DNA of 64,000 nucleotides from Thermoplasma sp. (GTDB taxonomy: Archaea; Thermoplasmatota; Thermoplasmata; Thermoplasmatales; Thermoplasmataceae), in NCBI RefSeq assembly GCF_008709555.1, contig NZ_VYIJ01000007.1, positions 411-64,410 on the forward strand, in the 5' to 3' direction. A model generated the notes under the pieces. The model made no database searches. It was not told the origin of the DNA and saw only the letters and a program-made list of their open reading frames with translations. This document shows positions 58,065-64,000 of this stretch, piece after piece. The first letter of the stretch is position 1; every line of letters begins with the position of its first letter. Made by a program: the position numbers and the translations under genes.

Positions 58065-59210
58065 TCAGTCCCTGAACCAGTGGTATTTTGCGTATAACGA
58101 TATATCGTATACTATCTTTGTGGCGCCTGCCAGGTAGAGAAGGGATGGCGGCATGGCCTCTATCAGGAATCCTCCTATCGCAGGCCCTGGAACCTGCCCC
58201 AATGTCCGAACCGTTGTGAACACGGAGTTGCTGTTCACCCTGTAGTCTGCGGGTATGATCGTGTTGGTGAAGCTGTCCCGGGCCGGAACATCCATCTGGC
58301 TGGTTGTCTGCCTCAGATACAGGAATGCCTGGCTCGCTATAAGGTTCGGGATGACAGGCATGAGTATCAGGAACACGTTGCTTATGACGTGGGTGTAAAC
58401 CATGGTGCGTATCAACCCTATCCTTCCGGATATGCGCGATGATATCAGTATCGATATGGCCGTCACGATGTTGACTATTATGAATATGAAGCCAGCATAT
58501 CCGAGCGATATGTGGTAAACTACCTTGAACCAGAGCGTGATCATCGATGTGGTCACGAAGCCCCCTCCGAACGCATCGATCGAGAACAGTGCGGACAGAG
58601 ATGAAATGTGCCTCTTCACTTCGCCTGGTATTTCGCTGGAGGCCGATGGCCTGCTGTACTCAGGAAACGAGACCGAAAGGTATATGATGAGCTGGGCCAG
58701 AGCGAACGCAAGAAGGACCATGAATATGTAAGAAAAAACGTAGTGCACGTAGAGAAAGAGAAAAAGAGATGCTATGGCTGCGCTTCCATAGGATCCGAAG
58801 TTGTAAACCGAAAAGGCAGTGTTCTTGTCCTTCTGGTTCTGTTCGTACCTGCTGATTGTATACTGCTCAACGGGCTGATATGCCGAGAAATCGCGGCCAG
58901 TAAGCGAGATGCCGCCTATGAATATCGCCACTATGAAGATGTATACACTGCGCGTGAATATGAGTATGAGGAATGCCAGCACCATGAGCGCGGACAGTAA
59001 TATCATCTTCGGCTTCAGCTTCATTTTCACCCTTGGATATAGAAGGATGAACACCGCACCGGAGACCAGGCTTATGAATATGACGATCGACGTGTAGACG
59101 GCGTTAATGCCCAGCGATGACAGGTAATATGGGACTATGATGGCCATGGCCGCAAATATGAAGGAACGAAAGGCCTTTGCTACGGTCAGAAGCACAGTGT
59201 AGGCATGCAT
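58065..59210 (-). CDS. MFS transporter
   Basis: IDAFGGG, RIGLIRTMVYTH, QMDVPAR. Confidence 0.88.
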   Translation of the reverse strand: MHAYTVLLTVAKAFRSFIFAAMAIIVPYYLSSLGINAVYTSIVIFISLVSGAVFILLYPRVKMKLKPKMILLSALMVLAFLILIFTRSVYIFIVAIFIGGISLTGRDFSAYQPVEQYTISRYEQNQKDKNTAFSVYNFGSYGSAAIASLFLFLYVHYVFSYIFMVLLAFALAQLIIYLSVSFPEYSRPSASSEIPGEVKRHISSLSALFSIDAFGGGFVTTSMITLWFKVVYHISLGYAGFIFIIVNIVTAISILISSRISGRIGLIRTMVYTHVISNVFLILMPVIPNLIASQAFLYLRQTTSQMDVPARDSFTNTIIPADYRVNSNSVFTTVRTLGQVPGPAIGGFLIEAMPPSLLYLAGATKIVYDISLYAKYHWFRD

Positions 59211-59255
59211 GAAAATGTATGATAAAAAATGATAAAAAATTGTGCTTTGGAATGT

Positions 59256-59495
59256 TCAGTGCCTCCTGAACAGTGCCACGACAACGAATGATCCGACGAT
59301 GAGCCCTGCAACGGCACCTATCACCAGGTATTCAAACACGATGCTGGAAGGCACAGCCTTCACGGGTTTCGAGACTTCGAAGGTCACCGTGGTTTTCGCG
59401 TGCTGCCCATCTGGGCTTGTTACCAGCAGCGTCACCGTGTAGTTGCCAGGGGATGTGGCCTGGAATGATGCATAATCAGCGCCAAAAATCCACAT
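59256..59495 (-). pseudogene. PKD-like domain fragment plus C-terminal membrane anchor; probable surface-protein remnant
   Basis: WIFG...PGNYTVTLLV..DG, then a hydrophobic helix and RRH; no signal peptide. Confidence 0.55.
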
Positions 59496-59576
59496 GGTAT
59501 TTTTGGTATATATTTTATTTTATATGCTATTTTTTAGACATAAATGCTTATTTAATATGTATATATCACAGATTCT

Positions 59577-60968
59577 GTGAACAATCATAGATATTCATCA
59601 TTGAGGAGAAACGCGATCGGGCTCAAGGAGAACATGTTCCAGGGCGTTGCCGGTTCAGCGCCAGCGGGTGCTGCCGTTGCGACGCTGACAGGCGCAGCTG
59701 CATACGCCCTCGGATCGCTTCCACTTGCTGCATTCATAGCATTCCTCGTCGTATTTCTTAACGCTTTCATAATCAGCAGGCTTTCAACACGCATAGCAGG
59801 TGCTGGCGGCTACTATTACTACGTCAGGAACGGATTGGGAAGCAGGCCTGCAAGGTTCACAGGTTTCCTTTATATATTCTATCAGATAATGGCCCTCGCC
59901 TTCATATCGTTGAGTGTTGGTGTATTCGTGCCGGCCGTCCTTGGATCTGTATTTGGGATATCAATGCCGGGGTACCTCATGTACGTGCTGATAGTTGTGG
60001 TTCTAGCAGCTGGTTTCCTTATCTCCTATAGCGGCGTCCGCGAGTCAACAAGATACACTATGTACATGGCTATCGCTGAGATGGCAATAGTGGCCGGCAT
60101 GGGAGTCATCATACTGATGATGAAGCCCTCAATAAACACGCTATCCGTGTTCACCCCTAAATTCGCCTATGGCGGCTTATCTGGCGTCGGCATTGGCGTT
60201 CTGCTGATGTATACCGCATTTTCAGGTTTCGGAGCCTCAACTCCATTGGGCGAGGAATCAAGGGAAGCCGAGAAGACAATATCAAGATCGGTCATATTCA
60301 CCGTGATCGTGCTAGGCGCATTCTTTGTCTTCTCATCGTATTACTTCACGGTGGCATGGGGCCCTTCCAACATGGCGAGCTATGCAAGTCCCAATAACCT
60401 CGCTCCGGGCATAACCATCATAAGCAGCTACCTTGGCACGGGCGCAGCTATACTGATAACGGTGCTGTTCATAAACAGCCTTCTGACCGGTACCGTTGTG
60501 GTTACGAACAGCACATCCAGGGTCATGATGGCCATGGCCAGGGACGGCATAATAAGCGAGAACTTCAGTGGCGTAAGCAGCAGGAAGACGCCGCATATAT
60601 CCGCGGCTTTCGTGTCAGGCATGGCAGCCGTCATAGCAATCGTATCCGCCTCGGTGATCGGTGGATTCGGGGCATTCATAATGACAGCCACTGCAGCAAC
60701 CCTTGGCGTACTTCTTGTTCATGGCCTGATAAACGTTTCGCTTCCTGCATCTGACATGCGCCTGCACAGATCCTTTTACGGCAGCGCTTTACTGTCCGTG
60801 GTTTCCATAGCAGTTCTCGGCTTCATATTCTACAGCACGTTCATGTCGATAAGCCTTCCAGTCATAGTAGGATCGGCCGCCTTTGCCCTCTTTTCGGTGG
60901 CCGCACTCGCCATCTCCATAAAGAACATGAGCCATGAGATTCCATCGGAAATCCCAGCAGAAAGCTGA
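59577..60968 (+). CDS. APC family amino acid permease
   Basis: AGGYYYY, FSGF..STPLGEE, SRVMMAMARDG. Confidence 0.92.
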   Translation: MNNHRYSSLRRNAIGLKENMFQGVAGSAPAGAAVATLTGAAAYALGSLPLAAFIAFLVVFLNAFIISRLSTRIAGAGGYYYYVRNGLGSRPARFTGFLYIFYQIMALAFISLSVGVFVPAVLGSVFGISMPGYLMYVLIVVVLAAGFLISYSGVRESTRYTMYMAIAEMAIVAGMGVIILMMKPSINTLSVFTPKFAYGGLSGVGIGVLLMYTAFSGFGASTPLGEESREAEKTISRSVIFTVIVLGAFFVFSSYYFTVAWGPSNMASYASPNNLAPGITIISSYLGTGAAILITVLFINSLLTGTVVVTNSTSRVMMAMARDGIISENFSGVSSRKTPHISAAFVSGMAAVIAIVSASVIGGFGAFIMTATAATLGVLLVHGLINVSLPASDMRLHRSFYGSALLSVVSIAVLGFIFYSTFMSISLPVIVGSAAFALFSVAALAISIKNMSHEIPSEIPAES

Positions 60969-61036
60969 TCCATAAAGGGTTTAAAGTGAACAAAAATTAT
61001 TAGATTATTAAAAATTTTAAAGAGTTATCCTCTTCT

Positions 61037-62470
61037 TCACGCTTTAACCGTGTACCTCTTTTCGCCCGAGGTGTCTTCCAGGTTCTTCCCCTTTGTCTCG
61101 GGAAGAAGAACAAGCGTCAGCATGAATGCTGCGACCGCAAATATCGCGAGTATGGTGAAGAGGAGTGGCAGGTGGGCCGAGGCATCCGTTCCAAGTATTA
61201 TGGCATCGACAAACGTTCCCACGAATGCACCGGTTTTGCCTCCGGCTGCCGACATGCCAGTTCCAAGCCCCCTGGTCGTGACCGGGAACACCTCAGGTGG
61301 ATACACGAATGTGGTAACGTTTGGCCCGAACATTATGAAGAAGTAGCTCACACCGTATATTGCAAGGAAGATGCTGAGGTTGCCTATTATGGAATGGTAA
61401 CCTATGGCTATTATCGCATAAGATATGGCCATCACCGCAAAGCCCACAAGCTGTATGGTCTTTCTCCCTATCCTGTCTATTGTGAATGTCGCAATCCAGT
61501 ATCCGGGGAATGCTGCTACCGCGAACATCAGCAGCGTGTACTCCGTGGATCTTATCAGGGCTGGAAGGCCCTTTATTGTCGATGGTACAAGGGCCGAAAG
61601 GATCGTTGTTGACATTATCGAGTTTCCGTAGAGGGCCCAGTCCATAAGGAACCATGCTCCCATGGTGCCTATCAGCGTTAGGAGGAATGTCCTGTCCCTG
61701 AACAGTGTGGACCATTTTGCCTTCACAACGTATTTCTCGTCATCTGAAACGTCGACATGTATGCCGGTATACTCCTTCAAATCCCTGGCCGCCTTATTCA
61801 CATCGCCCCTGGCCGCAGCCGTGTATCTTGGGGGCTCAGGCATCTTAAGCCTGAAGTATATCACTATGGCCGCCGGTATCGCGCCTATGGCCAGCAGCGC
61901 CTTCCACGTTATTGCCGGCGATACCCCATGGAGCATGAAAGCCAGCGCTATGAGCGGCCCTGCAACGAGGCCGAAGCTTTGCATGGAAAGTATGCTCCCA
62001 ACGAACTTACCGCGGCTCCTGGTATTCGAGTACTCTGCCATTATGGTAGAGCTTGTTGCATAATCGCCTCCTATGCCTATACCCAGTATGAACCTCCATC
62101 CAATCAGTGCAAGGACGTTGTTGTACGGAGTCAGGAAGGCACTTCCCAGTGCGCCTATTATCAATATACCGAGTTCAAGGCCATATATCCTCTTCCTGCC
62201 CAGGTAGTCCAGAAGCCTCCCGAACACTATGGCACCGATCACCGCAGATATGAGCGATGTGGAGCTTATCAGACCCTTGTAGAACGTATCTATGGTCGTC
62301 CAGCCTGCCAGCGAGAGCAGCGATACGACAACACCTATTATGAACAGGTCATAGGCATCGGTGAAGAAACCGAGGCCAGATATCAGAAGGGTTTTGATGT
62401 GGAAACTTCCCTGAGATCTGTTCAGGGCTTCGTTTATGGCATCCAAACCACCATTGTTCTCTGTCATCAC
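61037..62470 (-). CDS. MFS phosphate:H+ symporter (Pho84-like)
   Basis: GFFTDAYDLF, GIGGDY, WFLMDWALYG, FGPNVTTF. Confidence 0.88.
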   Translation of the reverse strand: MMTENNGGLDAINEALNRSQGSFHIKTLLISGLGFFTDAYDLFIIGVVVSLLSLAGWTTIDTFYKGLISSTSLISAVIGAIVFGRLLDYLGRKRIYGLELGILIIGALGSAFLTPYNNVLALIGWRFILGIGIGGDYATSSTIMAEYSNTRSRGKFVGSILSMQSFGLVAGPLIALAFMLHGVSPAITWKALLAIGAIPAAIVIYFRLKMPEPPRYTAAARGDVNKAARDLKEYTGIHVDVSDDEKYVVKAKWSTLFRDRTFLLTLIGTMGAWFLMDWALYGNSIMSTTILSALVPSTIKGLPALIRSTEYTLLMFAVAAFPGYWIATFTIDRIGRKTIQLVGFAVMAISYAIIAIGYHSIIGNLSIFLAIYGVSYFFIMFGPNVTTFVYPPEVFPVTTRGLGTGMSAAGGKTGAFVGTFVDAIILGTDASAHLPLLFTILAIFAVAAFMLTLVLLPETKGKNLEDTSGEKRYTVKA

Positions 62471-62594
62471 CTATTTATGGGGGCCGGTTATTTTACATTT
62501 TTCTATATAATATATTTTCAATACATATTTCTATATAGTATATATAAATGAGAGGATCTTTAACCTTAAATATGCTCAGGCATTTGTTAACCGT

Positions 62595-63848
62595 ATGCCT
62601 TTCAGGGCTAAGGTGAGGATACCTGCATCACTGTGCATGAGGTGCAGGGGGGCAAAGAGGCTCTGCGGCCTCTCATACTGTCCAATAGAGATAGAGATGA
62701 TCACGAGATCGAAGGTAAGCGGCCAGAAAAGCGTCAGGGAGATCGATGGTTCGTCGCCGCCATCCGTGTTCGTCGGGCGGTACGGTTATCCAAAGGTCTA
62801 TGTCTATCCATCTGCACCGCCCGTTAAAGGCGATACAAGCAATCTTTCCGTCAGCTCCACGTGGCTTGATATGCCCCTTGAGGAGTTCATATCGGCAAGG
62901 CTGTCCATGCTCAGGGGATCTAAGGAATTCAGAGTTAACGATGCCGTGGATCCGGATAAGCTTCTGCAGAGGATACAGGAGATATCGCTTTCCAGAGGAT
63001 CCGTCGATGTGGATATACTCCTTGAGAAGCCCATCGATACGTCTAAGATAGAGATGGACGATCATGTAACACCGATGGGTCCAGCCTCGCCCATGAAGAC
63101 GTTCACCGTCGATCCATCGAAGACGGATCAGCACATAGAGAAGGTTTACTACGATACGGACATGAAGGCGAAGCATGCAGTCATCCAGCTCTATGAAAGC
63201 GGCCTGGACATGGAGAGGATATCGCAGTCGCTCAGCGTTGGCATAATGGGAGAGGGGAAGAAAAGGAAGATCGTGCCCACCAGATGGTCGATAACTGCCG
63301 TGGACAGCATGGTATCGGATGAACTCGTTGATGATCTGAAGCAGAGGCCGGCGATAGATAAATTTCTCGCGTACAGGATGCGCGTAAATGGAAACTACTT
63401 CATGGCGATCCTTACGCCGTCCAGCTGGATCTATGAATGGGGCGAGTCATGGTTCCCTGGAAGCACCTGGAACATGTGGGGGAGCCAGGCAGAGGTTGAA
63501 ATCGATTACGAGGGATACAACGGCAGGAAGACCTATCCGGACATAGGTGGATGTTACTACTCCAGCAGGGTTGCAGTGGGCGAAGCCTTCAGGAAGATGG
63601 GTAGGAGCGGCGGTGCGATAACATGGCGTGAGATATACCCGGGCTTCAACATACCTGTCGGCGTCTGGTTCGTCCGCGAGAACATCCGAAGGCTCTTCTC
63701 ACAGAGGCCTGAGGCATTCGATACGATAGATGAAGCCATAAAATACGTATCGGAGTGGATGAAGGTGCCGCCGGAGAAGTGGAAATCCAACTCTTACGTG
63801 TACAGGACGCTGAAGTATGAAAACCTCGAGAGGTTTTTCAGCCTATGA
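62595..63848 (+). CDS. nreA: Nre family DNA repair protein
   Basis: CMRCRG..LCG..CP zinc finger, GSSPPSVFVG, PTRWSITAVD, GVWFVRE; PIP-like tail NLERFF. Confidence 0.9.
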   Translation: MPFRAKVRIPASLCMRCRGAKRLCGLSYCPIEIEMITRSKVSGQKSVREIDGSSPPSVFVGRYGYPKVYVYPSAPPVKGDTSNLSVSSTWLDMPLEEFISARLSMLRGSKEFRVNDAVDPDKLLQRIQEISLSRGSVDVDILLEKPIDTSKIEMDDHVTPMGPASPMKTFTVDPSKTDQHIEKVYYDTDMKAKHAVIQLYESGLDMERISQSLSVGIMGEGKKRKIVPTRWSITAVDSMVSDELVDDLKQRPAIDKFLAYRMRVNGNYFMAILTPSSWIYEWGESWFPGSTWNMWGSQAEVEIDYEGYNGRKTYPDIGGCYYSSRVAVGEAFRKMGRSGGAITWREIYPGFNIPVGVWFVRENIRRLFSQRPEAFDTIDEAIKYVSEWMKVPPEKWKSNSYVYRTLKYENLERFFSL

Positions 63849-64000
63849 GGGTAATAGAGATAGAAGTGAAGACAGCGCTGCAGAAGTCCGGCCTCAGGGA
63901 GCTTGACTACAGCCTTAACCCGTACCTGGGATGCATGCACAGGTGCCTTTACTGCTACGCGATGGATATGACGAAGGATACGAGGGCCTCATCTGACTGG
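63845..64000 (+). CDS. Radical SAM protein, SPL-like family (runs off the window)
   Basis: Translated by hand: MRVIEIEVKTALQKSGLRELDYSLNPYLGCMHRCLYCYA; ATGA overlap with nreA. Confidence 0.85.
   Translation, partial: MRVIEIEVKTALQKSGLRELDYSLNPYLGCMHRCLYCYAMDMTKDTRASSDW

Noticed and set aside
59219..59240. Tandem ATGATAAAAA repeat
   Set aside because: Best explained as T-rich terminator or promoter sequence on the minus strand
61757..62551. 264-aa plus-strand ORF opposite the phosphate transporter
   Set aside because: Antisense shadow with atypical composition
1..64000. CRISPR array, rRNA, provirus or defence island
   Set aside because: No repeat-spacer array, rRNA-like stretch, integrase or cas gene recognised by eye

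Overview
Archaeal chromosomal window, most consistent with Thermoplasma or a close Thermoplasmatales relative (PolD small subunit, TBP, archaeal SRP RNA, intron-containing tRNA-Trp, NreA, many apparently leaderless genes). The taxonomy is inferred from gene content, not from a search. It is mostly core metabolism: a futalosine-pathway menaquinone cluster (mqnA, mqnE, mqnC) with a B12-dependent radical SAM gene embedded in it, guaB, ETF alpha/beta, a membrane Fe-S oxidoreductase, acyl-CoA enzymes, sufCBD with a SufR-like regulator and SufT, truD, glyS, amt and many transporters. RNA genes are three tRNAs (Val-TAC, Trp-CCA with a box C/D guide intron, Arg-TCT) and SRP RNA. Most interesting: (1) the B12 radical SAM gene inside the mqn cluster, a candidate quinone methyl- or methylthio-transferase; (2) a ~440 bp internally deleted IS607 element joining the TnpA start to the TnpB end, which may still carry an omegaRNA; (3) an ALDH-fold protein lacking the catalytic Cys, 6 nt downstream of guaB; (4) an egghead/BRE-3-like mannosyltransferase; (5) an MFS gene whose first helix has no canonical start codon; (6) a 59-aa RHH-like gene missed by the ORF track. 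All protein calls come from motif recognition by eye.
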